From Clostridia bacterium (GTDB lineage: Bacteria; Bacillota; Clostridia; Oscillospirales; CAG-272): DNA of 64,000 nucleotides. Positions 54,970-64,000 of the stretch are shown here, one piece after another; the first letter of the stretch is position 1; every line of letters starts with the position of its first letter. The notes below the pieces were generated by a model that was not told the DNA's origin, ran no database searches, and saw nothing but the letters and a program-made list of their open reading frames with translations. The stretch is from positions 7,283 to 71,282 of the forward strand of contig JAGATW010000096.1 in the NCBI GenBank assembly GCA_017621085.1, written 5' to 3'. The translations under genes were made by a program, and so were the position numbers.

Positions 54970-56754
54970 ATGGAAATTTTTGAAAAGAATGATAGCCGTA
55001 CCCACTATTGTGGTACACTCTCCAAGGCTAACATTGGGGAAAGAGTATGCGTTCTTGGTTGGGCGCAAAAGCAAAGAGATTTAGGCTCTCTTATCTTTAT
55101 TGACCTTCGTGACAGAAGTGGTATTGTACAGCTTGCCTTTGACGAAAATACAGAAAAGGAAATCTTTGAAAAGGCATTTATCGTTCGTGCAGAGTTCGTT
55201 CTTTGCGCAAAGGGTGTTATAAGAGAAAGAGCAACAATTAATAAGAACATTCCAACAGGTGATATTGAAATCGTAGTTGATGAATTCAAGATTTTAAATA
55301 AGGCTCAAACCCCACCATTTGAAATTACTGATAGTGGCGATGTAAAGGCAGAGCTTAGAATGAAGCATAGATATCTTGACCTTCGTCGTCCTTCTATGCA
55401 AAACAATATTATTGCAAGGTCCAAAATTACAAACCTTACAAGAAACTACTTTAATGAAAATGGCTTTATTGATATAGAAACACCAAACCTTATAAGACCA
55501 ACACCTGAAGGAGCAAGAGACTATCTTGTACCAAGCCGTGTACATAAGGGCAATTTCTATGCACTCCCACAATCCCCACAAATTTACAAGCAGCTTCTTA
55601 TGTATTCCGGATTTGACAGATACATTCAAATTGCTCGTTGCTTTAGAGACGAGGACTTAAGAGCTGACCGTCAGCCTGAGTTTACCCAAATTGATATGGA
55701 AATCTCCTTTACAACAGAGGACGAGGTAATGGCAATCAATGAGGGCTTTATGGCTTACATCTTCAAGCACTTTATGGGCAAGGAGTTAAAAACTCCGTTC
55801 CTTCGTATGACATGGCACGAGGCTATGGAAAGATACGGCTCAGACAAGCCTGATATCCGTTTCGGCTTTGAGCTTAACAACATTTCCGACATTGTAAAGT
55901 ATAGCGAGTTTAAGGTATTTAGCGGTGCTGTTGCAAATGGTGGAAGCGTTCGCGCTATTAATGTTAAGGGTGGCGCTAAGTTCTCAAGAAAGGAAATTGA
56001 CTCCTTAACAGAAAAGGCAAAGCATTATCACGCAAAGGGTCTTGCTTGGCTCAAGAAAGCAAATGGCGAAATTTCCTCATCCTATGCTAAATTCTTAACA
56101 GAAAATGAAAACAATGCAATTAATGAGCGCCTTTGCTTAGAGGATGGCGACCTTATCTTAGTTGTAGCTGATAAAAATAAGGTAGTATTTGACACCTTAG
56201 GAGCGCTTCGTTGCGAGTGTGCAAAAAAACTTGGTCTGCTTGACCCATTTGACTTTAAGTTCTTGTGGGTAACAGAATTCCCACTCTTTGAGTATAGCGA
56301 GGAGGACGGACGCTTCTATGCTATGCACCATCCATTCACAGCTCCTATGACTGAGGACTATCATTTAATTGATAAAGACCCGGGCAAGGTAAGAGCAAGA
56401 GCTTATGATATTGTATTAAATGGAACAGAATTAGGTGGTGGCTCAGTAAGAATTAACACCACAGAAATGCAAGAGCATATGTTCTCAGTTCTTGGAATTT
56501 CCAAGGAGGACGCACAGGAAAAGTTCGGCTTCTTGCTTGAGGCATTTAAGTATGGTGTACCACCACACGCAGGACTTGCATTCGGTCTTGACCGTTTAGT
56601 AACTCTACTTTTAGGTCACGAGGATATTCGTGATGTAATTGCCTTCCCTAAGGCGCAAAACGCATCAGAAATTATGTCTAAGTGCCCATCATACGCAAAC
56701 CCGGCAGATTTAGAGGAGCTTGGTATTGCTATTATTCCGCAAACAGAAGAGTAA
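54970..56754 (+). CDS. aspS: Aspartyl-tRNA synthetase (bacterial type)
   Basis: OB-fold N-terminus, QSPQ, FRDEDLRADRQPEFTQ and GGGSVRI motifs. 594 aa. Confidence 0.95.
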   Translation: MEIFEKNDSRTHYCGTLSKANIGERVCVLGWAQKQRDLGSLIFIDLRDRSGIVQLAFDENTEKEIFEKAFIVRAEFVLCAKGVIRERATINKNIPTGDIEIVVDEFKILNKAQTPPFEITDSGDVKAELRMKHRYLDLRRPSMQNNIIARSKITNLTRNYFNENGFIDIETPNLIRPTPEGARDYLVPSRVHKGNFYALPQSPQIYKQLLMYSGFDRYIQIARCFRDEDLRADRQPEFTQIDMEISFTTEDEVMAINEGFMAYIFKHFMGKELKTPFLRMTWHEAMERYGSDKPDIRFGFELNNISDIVKYSEFKVFSGAVANGGSVRAINVKGGAKFSRKEIDSLTEKAKHYHAKGLAWLKKANGEISSSYAKFLTENENNAINERLCLEDGDLILVVADKNKVVFDTLGALRCECAKKLGLLDPFDFKFLWVTEFPLFEYSEEDGRFYAMHHPFTAPMTEDYHLIDKDPGKVRARAYDIVLNGTELGGGSVRINTTEMQEHMFSVLGISKEDAQEKFGFLLEAFKYGVPPHAGLAFGLDRLVTLLLGHEDIRDVIAFPKAQNASEIMSKCPSYANPADLEELGIAIIPQTEE

Positions 56755-56781
56755 TAGTAGCTACTATAAATAAAATTATTA

Positions 56782-56876
56782 GCCTTCTCCGGTGGGAGTG
56801 GGTGGATGACGAAGGCAGACGGATGAGGTATTGTCCAAAGCCTGTATTCGTTCCACCATCTTCAATTGGCGAAGGC
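56782..56876. repeat. Palindromic intergenic element, copy B (~95 nt)
   Basis: GCCTTCTCCGGTGGGAGTGGGTGGATGACGAAGGCAGACGGATGAGGTA ... GGCGAAGGC. Its termini TTAGCCTTC / GAAGGCTAA are inverted. The left arm aligns with copy A. It explains the spurious ORF 56682..56879. Confidence 0.75.
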
Positions 56877-56924
56877 TAAATTTGTATTTTAAAGCGACAG
56901 CTTTATATAATAGGAGCTTGTTAT

Positions 56925-57278
56925 ATGGCAACAATAGAAGAAACGCTTAATAAATTAAGTAAATCAAAATTTCGTTCTTCCTTTCATTTAACAAGAAAAG
57001 AAAGGGAATATACACTTGACAAGGGACTTGATGTTATAAGAAATCACGCGCAGGAGTTTGTATTAAAAAGATTATCTCCTGCTTATATTGAAAATGACGG
57101 TAGCCAAACACCAACAAAGGGACATCCTGTATTCAAAGCTCAACATGCGTGCGCTTGCTGTTGCAGAGGATGCCTGAATAAATGGTACAAAGTGCCTAAG
57201 AACGTAGGATTATCAAGCATTCAGCAGGAAAAGATAGTTAATTTATTAATGGCTTGGATTGAGAAGGAATTGGAGTGA
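56925..57278 (+). CDS. DUF4186-family protein
   Basis: GHPVFKAQHACACCCRGCLNKWY signature. Confidence 0.75.
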   Translation: MATIEETLNKLSKSKFRSSFHLTRKEREYTLDKGLDVIRNHAQEFVLKRLSPAYIENDGSQTPTKGHPVFKAQHACACCCRGCLNKWYKVPKNVGLSSIQQEKIVNLLMAWIEKELE

Positions 57279-57334
57279 AACGAACAAGTGAAAATATTTA
57301 CACTTGAACATATATTGAAAGTGATAGCTAAAAC

Positions 57335-57589
57335 ATGAACTATACATATATATTAAAATGTGCAGACGACACATTATATTGTGGCTGGACAAATGACTTA
57401 GAAAAGCGACTTAAAGCCCACAATTCAGGCAAAGGCGCAAAATACACAAGGAGTAGATTGCCCGTTACTCTTGTTTACTATGAAGAATTTGAAACAAGCA
57501 TTGAAGCACAAAAAAGAGAATACCAAATCAAAAGGCTAACAAGAAAACAAAAGCTTAGCTTAATTTCTTGCCGGAATAATAACAAATAG
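57335..57589 (+). CDS. GIY-YIG nuclease-family protein (UPF0213-like)
   Basis: YTYILKCADDTLYCGWTNDLEKRLKAHN. 84 aa. Confidence 0.85.
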   Translation: MNYTYILKCADDTLYCGWTNDLEKRLKAHNSGKGAKYTRSRLPVTLVYYEEFETSIEAQKREYQIKRLTRKQKLSLISCRNNNK

Positions 57590-57743
57590 TTTTGCATAAG
57601 TAATTAATAGCCAATATGTGTTTTTTATTTTTAACGTGATTTTTTGTGTAAAATTAACAAAAATTCGTTCGTTTTTTTATTCGACTTGACTTTTCCACAC
57701 AATAGTGGTAAACTAAAGGTACAATAAAATATGAAGGAGAATC

Positions 57744-58460
57744 ATTAAGAAAAAAATCATTTCAATTTTCGCTGTTTTATGTATGTGCTTCTGCTTGCTT
57801 GCAGTAATCACTTCCTGTGGTCACGAGCATACCTGGAACGAGGGTGAGGTAGTAAAGGCTGCCACAAGAGAGGCAGATGGTACAAAGAAATTCACCTGTA
57901 CCGAGTGTGATGAAACTAAGGAAGAAAGCTATAAGCTTGTAACAACTATTACAGAAGACCAATGGAAAGCAGCAATGGCTCTTGATAATTTTACTGCAGA
58001 GCTTAGAATGAATGAAGCAGCAGCCGGTGAAATTAAGGCAAGCAATGGTAGTGCTTATATGAATGTTGGCTCTGTAAGTACATATGTTACTAAGAAGGAC
58101 GGCATTACTTACTCAGTAGTATCAATGATGGGCAAAAATTATGGCGTTGCTATGGAAGACTTGGAAATGACATTGTCAGGTTTATCTGTTGAGGGTGAGT
58201 ATGACGATAAGTTTTCAGACTTGACATACGATGAAGCTGAAAAGGCTTATTATTACTACGATGAAAACAGCCTTGAAAAATCTTATTTCTATTTTGCTGA
58301 TGGTAAGCTTGAAAAGATTTTCTCAATCACAGGCGTTGATGTTGAAGACTTAACTCCAAGCGCTCCTGTTGATGTGGAAAGCTACATGCTTTCAGAATCA
58401 ATTTTTTCAGATATTGGTACAACAGAGGTAAATGTTCCTGAATTTGAAATTATGGGCTAA
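57744..58460 (+). CDS. Lipoprotein of unknown function; probable non-ATG start
   Basis: Extending the frame upstream of the track ATG (57783) gives a textbook lipoprotein signal peptide, IKKKIISIFAVLCMCFCLLAVITSC-G. The frame opens after TGA at 57732-57734. AAGGAG is at 57734-57739. Only ATC (57741) or ATT (57744) are available as starts. Confidence 0.6.
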   Translation: MKKKIISIFAVLCMCFCLLAVITSCGHEHTWNEGEVVKAATREADGTKKFTCTECDETKEESYKLVTTITEDQWKAAMALDNFTAELRMNEAAAGEIKASNGSAYMNVGSVSTYVTKKDGITYSVVSMMGKNYGVAMEDLEMTLSGLSVEGEYDDKFSDLTYDEAEKAYYYYDENSLEKSYFYFADGKLEKIFSITGVDVEDLTPSAPVDVESYMLSESIFSDIGTTEVNVPEFEIMG

Positions 58461-58466
58461 TAAAAT

Positions 58467-58502
58467 AAAAGCAGAGAATGAAAAATTCTCTGCTTTTGTT
58501 TT
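58467..58502. terminator. Bidirectional terminator
   Basis: GCAGAGAAT / ATTCTCTGC stem, GAAAA loop, TTTTGTTTTTT tail, A-run upstream. Confidence 0.85.
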
Positions 58503-60257
58503 TTAATTTTGTGAATATAGCTTGTACAAGTCAGCGTAAATTCCATTCTTGTCAACCAATTCCTGGTGTGTGCCACTTTCCTCAATACCGTTTTCAGTAA
58601 GGACTAAAATCCTATCAGCATTTTTAATTGTAGTTAATCTGTGAGCAATTGTAAAGGTTGTTCTACCCTTTGCAAGCTCCTCTAAGGATTTTTGAACGAG
58701 TCGTTCACTTTCGTTATCAAGTGCGCTTGTTGCCTCATCAAGGATAAGTATTGGTGGGTTTTTAAGAAATACACGAGCAATAGAAATTCTCTGCTTTTGT
58801 CCACCTGACAGCTTAACTCCACGCTCACCTACATAGGTATCATAACCGTTTGGCAGGGTCATTATAAAGTCGTGAGCTCCTGCCATTTTGGCAGAATCAA
58901 TGATTTCGTCCATTGTTGCATTTTTCTTACCGTAAGCAATATTTTCCTTAACACTACCGGAAAACAGGTAAACGTCCTGTGCAACAACGCCAATGCTTTC
59001 ACGTAAGGACCTAAGTGTAATGTCCTTAATATTTAAGCCGTCAACAGTAATTTCGCCACTTGAAATTTCATAAAAACGAGGAATAAGTGAGCAAAGTGTA
59101 GTCTTACCACCACCACTCGGTCCTACAAGAGCAATGCTTTCACCCTTATTTACCTTTAAATTAAGGTTAGTTAAAACCTGCTTTTTCTCGCTTTCATAGC
59201 TAAAGGAAACATTCTTAAATTCAATATCGCCCTTAACATCTTTAATATCAACAGCATTCTTGGAATCTACAATTTCAGGCTCAATATCCATTATCTCAGA
59301 AAAACGGTTAATTCCCGTAATTCCCCTTTGGAATTGCTCGGAAAATTCAACAAGCTTACGTATTGAGGTAATAAGTGTAGTTACAAAAAGCAAGTATGCA
59401 ACATAGTCTGATGCCTGAATGTCACCGTTTACCAAGAAAATACCGCCGGCAATTACTACAACAATATACATAAGACCATCAAAAAGTCTGGTTGTAGATT
59501 GGAAAGCGCCCATAACATAATAAGCGCCGCGCTTTACCTTAAAGAAACGACTGTTGCCCTTGTCAAACTTTTCAGTTTCAACACCTTCATTTGCAAAGGA
59601 CTTAACAACTCTAATACCTAAAAGGCTGTCCTCAATTTGTGCATTTAATTCGCCTGTTTGCTTGCGTGACTCGTTAAATGCATTTTTCATTTTCTTTCTA
59701 AAGAATACAAGAGAAACAAGAATTAATGGAATACAAGCAAATATAATTAATGTAAGAGGCACGTTCATAGTGCAAAGAATAATAAATGAGCAAATTATTT
59801 TAACACCGGAAATAAATATTTCCTCTGGACAATGGTGCGCAAATTCGGTTACATCAAACAAGTCAGTTGTAATTCTTGACATAAGTGTACCGATTTTTGT
59901 GTTGTCATAGTAGGAAAAGGACAGCTTTTGTAAATGACCGAATAGGTCATGGCGCATATCCGTTTCAATCTTAGTACCCATAATATGACCAACGGATGCC
60001 ATATAAAAGTTGGCAACAGTGTCGATAATTCGCAAAGCGATATAAAAAAGACCACACTTTAAAACAAGGTCAATAGTAAGAGCAAGTGGAGAATTTGTGG
60101 CAACCTCTGTGATTTTGCGCACAATTAATGGTAGAACAAGCTCACAAACGGTAGTTAGCGAGGCACAAAGTAAGTCAAGTATTAACGTCCACTTATATTT
60201 TTTGTAATATGGTAAGAAGCTTTTTATAAGACTAAAGCTACTTTTCTTTTTCTCCAT
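58503..60257 (-). CDS. ABC exporter, fused permease/ATPase (MsbA/multidrug type)
   Basis: Six-TM N-terminal half. Walker A GPSGGGKTT, signature LSGGQKQR, Walker B ILILDEATSALD. Confidence 0.9.
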   Translation of the reverse strand: MEKKKSSFSLIKSFLPYYKKYKWTLILDLLCASLTTVCELVLPLIVRKITEVATNSPLALTIDLVLKCGLFYIALRIIDTVANFYMASVGHIMGTKIETDMRHDLFGHLQKLSFSYYDNTKIGTLMSRITTDLFDVTEFAHHCPEEIFISGVKIICSFIILCTMNVPLTLIIFACIPLILVSLVFFRKKMKNAFNESRKQTGELNAQIEDSLLGIRVVKSFANEGVETEKFDKGNSRFFKVKRGAYYVMGAFQSTTRLFDGLMYIVVVIAGGIFLVNGDIQASDYVAYLLFVTTLITSIRKLVEFSEQFQRGITGINRFSEIMDIEPEIVDSKNAVDIKDVKGDIEFKNVSFSYESEKKQVLTNLNLKVNKGESIALVGPSGGGKTTLCSLIPRFYEISSGEITVDGLNIKDITLRSLRESIGVVAQDVYLFSGSVKENIAYGKKNATMDEIIDSAKMAGAHDFIMTLPNGYDTYVGERGVKLSGGQKQRISIARVFLKNPPILILDEATSALDNESERLVQKSLEELAKGRTTFTIAHRLTTIKNADRILVLTENGIEESGTHQELVDKNGIYADLYKLYSQN

Positions 60258-60284
60258 TTCAATCCCCCCTTAAGCCAGATACTA

Positions 60285-60313
60285 ATTTTATCACAAAAAT
60301 ATTCGTCTGTCAA
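60285..60313 (-). promoter_or_regulatory. Consensus sigma-A promoter of the ABC exporter
   Basis: On the minus strand: TTGACA (60313-60308), 17 nt, TAAAAT (60290-60285). Confidence 0.7.
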
Positions 60314-60318
60314 TAAAC

Positions 60319-60348
60319 AGAAAAGGGCTTTTTGAAAAAGCCCTTTTC
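60319..60348 (-). terminator. Rho-independent terminator after rubrerythrin
   Basis: AAAAGGGCTTTTT / AAAAAGCCCTTTT palindromic stem, followed on the minus strand by CTGTTTATT. Confidence 0.75.
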
Positions 60349-60362
60349 TTTAACAATATATA

Positions 60363-60899
60363 TTAATAATTGTCAGCCTTAATTTCAAAATAAGCTTGTG
60401 GATGTGCGCAAACAGGGCAAACCTCAGGAGCCTTTTTGCCAACAACAATGTGTCCACAGTTGGAGCATTGCCAAATCATATCCTCATCACGAGAGAATAC
60501 TAAGCCACCCTCAACGTTTTCAAGAAGCTTTTTGTATCTTTCCTCATGCTCCTTTTCAATCTTAGCAACCTCTTCAAAAAGGTAAGCGATGTGTGCAAAG
60601 CCCTCTTCACGAGCTTCCTTTGCAAAGGTAGGATACATTTCTGTCCATTCGTAGTTTTCACCGCTTGCAGCATCCTTAAGGTTGTCAGGAGTTGCGCCAA
60701 TGCCGTCCTTTAAAAGCTTAAACCAAATTTTTGCGTGCTCCTTTTCGTTAGAAGCAGTTTCCTCGAAAATCTTAGCAATTTGAACATAGCCATCCTTCTT
60801 TGCCTTAGATGCATAGTAGGTGTACTTGTTTCTTGCTTCGCTCTCGCCTGAAAAAGCAGCCATTAGATTTTTTTCTGTTTTTGAACCCTTTAATTCCAT
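60363..60899 (-). CDS. rbr: Rubrerythrin
   Basis: Ferritin-like diiron motifs ([24 protein letters not shown]) plus C-terminal rubredoxin CSNCG...CPVC. Confidence 0.95.
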   Translation of the reverse strand: MELKGSKTEKNLMAAFSGESEARNKYTYYASKAKKDGYVQIAKIFEETASNEKEHAKIWFKLLKDGIGATPDNLKDAASGENYEWTEMYPTFAKEAREEGFAHIAYLFEEVAKIEKEHEERYKKLLENVEGGLVFSRDEDMIWQCSNCGHIVVGKKAPEVCPVCAHPQAYFEIKADNY

Positions 60900-60936
60900 A
60901 TTATACTCCTTATTTTTATCGACTACGTGTCGATTA

Positions 60937-61869
60937 TTAGCAATTTTTTAAGCATTTTGCAACAAATTCATAAGTTGCATCCTCATATTTTTTAGGATTT
61001 GACATATAGCTCATCCCGTGGTCAGCACCATCAAAGCCAAATAAGTATTTTTCTCCGGTTGCTTGGTCGTAAATTTCCTCGGACATTTTGTAAGGCACAA
61101 ATCCGTCGTTTGTTCCGTGTAAAATCAAAATCGGAAATTTGGCATTTTTAACAGATTTGATAGCTCCCTCTTTGTTTGGAGAAAAGTGACCGTAAATGTA
61201 AGCACCAAATGTAACAAATGGATAAATAGCCTCCGGCATTCCTCTGTCCCTGCACACCTTTTTAATTATAGCCTTAGGGGAAGAGAATGGACAATCGGCA
61301 ATTGCGCCAACAACATTACTTGGTAAATCAAGGTCACTTGCCATCAATGCTGTCGCTCCACCCATTGAAACTCCGACTAAGAAAATGGGAACGTTCCCAA
61401 ATCTATCATTAATATAATGTACCCAAGAAAGAGCATCAAGCCTTTCCTTAACACCAAAGGTAACTGTTTTGCCACCACTTTTGCCACAGCCACGTTGGTC
61501 GATTAACAAAATATTATGTCCAAGCTTTCTTGCAAGAGTGTGTCCACCACACATATCGCGTTTGGAATTACCCTTATACCCGTGCATCATAATTTGCACA
61601 GGCGCGCCATCCTTTATGTGATAATAAAGAGCAAAAAGCTTAACTCCGTCGTGAGCCTTGATATAAACCTCTTCACTCGGACATTTGTCCATTTCATCAA
61701 TAAGACGAGCCATTTCCTGCTTTGCCCTTTGATAGTCCTCGTTTTCGCCAAAATATGTGTCTATATTTTCCTTGCCTGCCTTAGCATAAAACGCTTGCAT
61801 ATATGCATATAAGCCACCAATTAAAATTGTAAGAGCCAAAACACCCAGGCATACTAAAAAAACAACCAT
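60937..61869 (-). CDS. Membrane-anchored alpha/beta-hydrolase (serine hydrolase)
   Basis: N-terminal TM helix. Nucleophile elbow GVSMGG. Start set at ATG 61869 (GAGGT upstream) rather than GTG 61884. Confidence 0.8.
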   Translation of the reverse strand: MVVFLVCLGVLALTILIGGLYAYMQAFYAKAGKENIDTYFGENEDYQRAKQEMARLIDEMDKCPSEEVYIKAHDGVKLFALYYHIKDGAPVQIMMHGYKGNSKRDMCGGHTLARKLGHNILLIDQRGCGKSGGKTVTFGVKERLDALSWVHYINDRFGNVPIFLVGVSMGGATALMASDLDLPSNVVGAIADCPFSSPKAIIKKVCRDRGMPEAIYPFVTFGAYIYGHFSPNKEGAIKSVKNAKFPILILHGTNDGFVPYKMSEEIYDQATGEKYLFGFDGADHGMSYMSNPKKYEDATYEFVAKCLKNC

Positions 61870-62014
61870 AATAATACCTCGCACTCAAGCACCTTAGCTT
61901 GATATATATTATTATACATTTTTTAGAAACAAAATTCAATAGTTTAATAAATTATATTGTTTTTTTAGGTTATGTGTGCTAAAATTAGTTGAAATACGTC
62001 CTAAGGAGGAAAAA

Positions 62015-62875
62015 ATGAAGCTTACCGATATTAATATAAGAGACCCATTTGTTCTTACCTACAATGGCAAGTACTATATGTATGGCACAAGAGCTAAAAA
62101 TACTTGGTCAACACAAGCCGGACTAAAGTGTGGCTTTGATGTTTATGAAAGCTATGACTTATTAGAGTGGAGTGAGCCTAAAAGCATATTTGAGTCAAGT
62201 GAAGATTATTGGGGCAAGCATCAATTTTGGGCACCGGAGGCGCACTTATATAATGGAAAATTCTATCTTTTTGCATCCTTTAAATCAGATACTACGCATC
62301 GTGGCACTGCAACCTTAGTGTGCGATACTCCTAACGGAGAGTTTAAGCCACTTAGCAATGGTGCAGTTACGCCAAAGGATTGGGCATGCCTTGATGGTAC
62401 GCTTTATGTAGAAAATGGCACACCCTATATAGTTTTCTGTCACGAGTGGACACAAATTGAAGATGGAGAGGTTTGCGCTCAAGAGCTTTCAAGGGACTTA
62501 AGTCATACAGTGGGCGAGCCTATTGTTTTATGGAAGGCAAGTATGGCAAAGCCTTGGGTTGTACCATACGATGGAAAAAGGTGTTATGTAACAGACGGAC
62601 CGTTTGTAATGAATATAGATGGTGAATTGATTTGCTTATGGTCAAGCTTTGGTGAATGTGGCTATGTTGAGGCAATTTCAAGAAGCGATAATGGAAAAAT
62701 CAATGGAAAATGGACAATAGATGAAACCCTCCTGTTTGAAAAGAACGGTGGTCACGGTATGATATTTGAGGACCTTGATGGTAACCTTAACTTTATATAT
62801 CATTCCCCAAATGAAACACCATTGGAGCGACCCTGTATCTGTAAAATACAAAAAGAAATGTTAAAGAGGAAGTAA
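62015..62875 (+). CDS. GH43-family glycoside hydrolase (beta-xylosidase / arabinofuranosidase class)
   Basis: Start at ATG 62015 (AAGGAGG 5 nt upstream). IRDPFVL..NGKYYMYGT, FWAPEAH and DGPFVM are five-bladed-propeller GH43-type motifs. Confidence 0.8.
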   Translation: MKLTDINIRDPFVLTYNGKYYMYGTRAKNTWSTQAGLKCGFDVYESYDLLEWSEPKSIFESSEDYWGKHQFWAPEAHLYNGKFYLFASFKSDTTHRGTATLVCDTPNGEFKPLSNGAVTPKDWACLDGTLYVENGTPYIVFCHEWTQIEDGEVCAQELSRDLSHTVGEPIVLWKASMAKPWVVPYDGKRCYVTDGPFVMNIDGELICLWSSFGECGYVEAISRSDNGKINGKWTIDETLLFEKNGGHGMIFEDLDGNLNFIYHSPNETPLERPCICKIQKEMLKRK

Positions 62876-64000
62876 ATGGAAGCAAGGCTTAAGGACCCAT
62901 ACAAGTCAAGCAGGCTACTATACATAATAGAAGCAGCACTTGAATATTTTATAGCAATAGCAGTAGGCACGGTATATCTTGCAAAAATAACAAAGCAAAT
63001 AGGCTTGTCCGATAGTGTGACAGGAATTTTAACATCCTTTGTTTCACTCGGCTGTGGATTTCAAATAATAGCTATATTTTTAGCACACAAAAAGCCTGTA
63101 AAAAGATGGGTAACTGTATTTCACGTAATCAGTCAGCTGCTGTTTTCAGCTATGTATTTTGTGCCACTGCTGCCTATATCAAAAGCAGGGCAAACAATTT
63201 TATTAATAATTTCACTTTTATTAGCGCAAATTTTACATAACGCAATTAATTCTCCTAAAATTAATTGGTATATGTCCTTAGTTGACGAAAACAAGCGTGG
63301 TCGCTTTACAGCAAATAAGGAAATCGTTTCCTTGCTTGGCGGAATGGTATTCTCCTTTGCCTTAGGACAGGTAATGGACTACTTCACTGAAAGCGAAAAA
63401 ATAAACACAGGGTTCATCATTTGTGGGGTAATGCTACTGTTTTTAACAGGACTTCATACCCTAACTCTTGTATTTGCTAAGGAAAAGCCAAGTGAAAAGG
63501 GAAAGGGCTTTAAATTTAGAGAGGTTATCTCATTATTTAAGGACAAGACAATTTTAAAGGTTATATTAGTTTTTGTCTTTTGGAATATTGCAAGCTATAT
63601 AACCACATCCTTTATGGGTGCATATCAGCTAAACGATTTAGGCTTTACAACAGGCTATTCCTCTATAATTATTATTGTAGGCAGCTTGCTTCGTGCTGTA
63701 TTTTCGCGACCAATCGGCAAATTTGCAGACAAATTTTCTTTTTGTAAAATGCTATATATCTGCTTTGGCATAGAGGCACTTGCCTTTCTTGTTGCATCAA
63801 TTGTTGCTCCAAGCAATGGCACATATATGTTTGTTGTATATTATATACTTTATTGTGTAGGCTGTGCAGGAGTTAATAGCTCAATTATAAACTTAATTTA
63901 TGACTATGTAGATTATGAAAAGCGTACAAGCGCATTGGCTCTTGTTAATACAGCCTCAGGCTTTGCAGGCTTTTTTGCTACCCTGGCTGTCAGCCCTCTT
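62876..64000 (+). CDS. MFS-type (glycoside/cation symporter-like) transporter, 3' partial
   Basis: Not in the ORF track (no stop in the window). Hand translation from ATG 62876 (AGAGGAAG upstream) begins MEARLKDPYKSSRLLYIIEAALEYFIAIAVGTVYLAK... It has successive hydrophobic helices and stays open to position 64000. Confidence 0.7.
   Translation, partial: MEARLKDPYKSSRLLYIIEAALEYFIAIAVGTVYLAKITKQIGLSDSVTGILTSFVSLGCGFQIIAIFLAHKKPVKRWVTVFHVISQLLFSAMYFVPLLPISKAGQTILLIISLLLAQILHNAINSPKINWYMSLVDENKRGRFTANKEIVSLLGGMVFSFALGQVMDYFTESEKINTGFIICGVMLLFLTGLHTLTLVFAKEKPSEKGKGFKFREVISLFKDKTILKVILVFVFWNIASYITTSFMGAYQLNDLGFTTGYSSIIIIVGSLLRAVFSRPIGKFADKFSFCKMLYICFGIEALAFLVASIVAPSNGTYMFVVYYILYCVGCAGVNSSIINLIYDYVDYEKRTSALALVNTASGFAGFFATLAVSPL

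Noticed and set aside
56682-56879. 65-aa ORF overlapping the end of aspS
   Set aside because: It overlaps the aspS 3' end out of frame and then reads through palindromic element B (..LLRWEWVDDEGRRMRY..). It has no RBS. This is a typical spurious call over a repeat.

Overview
This 64-kb window looks like a low-GC Firmicutes chromosome, probably from a spore-forming member of the Clostridia (T-box leader, spoVG, CotH, DUF3794/LysM). All calls were made by eye from the sequence and the ORF track, with no database search, so domain names are motif-level assignments.

The left ~34 kb is accessory:
- 1-1250: edge of a probable conjugative or mobile element. It holds an unlisted open frame running off the left edge, plus a small Cys-rich gene with its own promoter and terminator.
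- 1322-8748: a co-directional string of WYL regulator, GH78-like glycosidase, GH-A glycosidase, CotH lipoprotein, Macro-HTH protein and vWA protein.
- 8945-26043: a surface-protein island. It has two secreted BspA-type LRR paralogues that share about 540 bp of 3' sequence including the terminator. It also has one 12.2-kb gene (4,059 codons: S8 protease, about 7 kb of LRR, Cys/His repeats, Flg_new repeats, a cohesin-like module and a dockerin). A lipoprotein with a cohesin-like C-terminus is translationally coupled to that gene.
- 26186-27664: a GH51 arabinofuranosidase.
- 28556-35365: a ribitol-/glycerol-phosphate glycopolymer (teichoic-acid-like) locus.

The right ~30 kb is mostly core genes: serS behind a Ser T-box, uvrA, uvrB, hslO, murC, spoVG, hisS, aspS, rubrerythrin, an ABC exporter, a GH43 enzyme and an MFS transporter. 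It is interrupted by:
- a third LRR paralogue (45822-47864);
- a 1.3-kb orphan island with two tiny genes and two promoter/terminator-bounded RNA candidates (50420-51730);
- two copies of a ~100-nt palindromic intergenic element.

The best candidate for a new system is the giant protease-adhesin with its cohesin/dockerin-type partner, together with the LRR family that has conserved ends, a variable core and an unassigned C-terminal module. I saw no rRNA, tRNA, CRISPR array, transposase or integrase.
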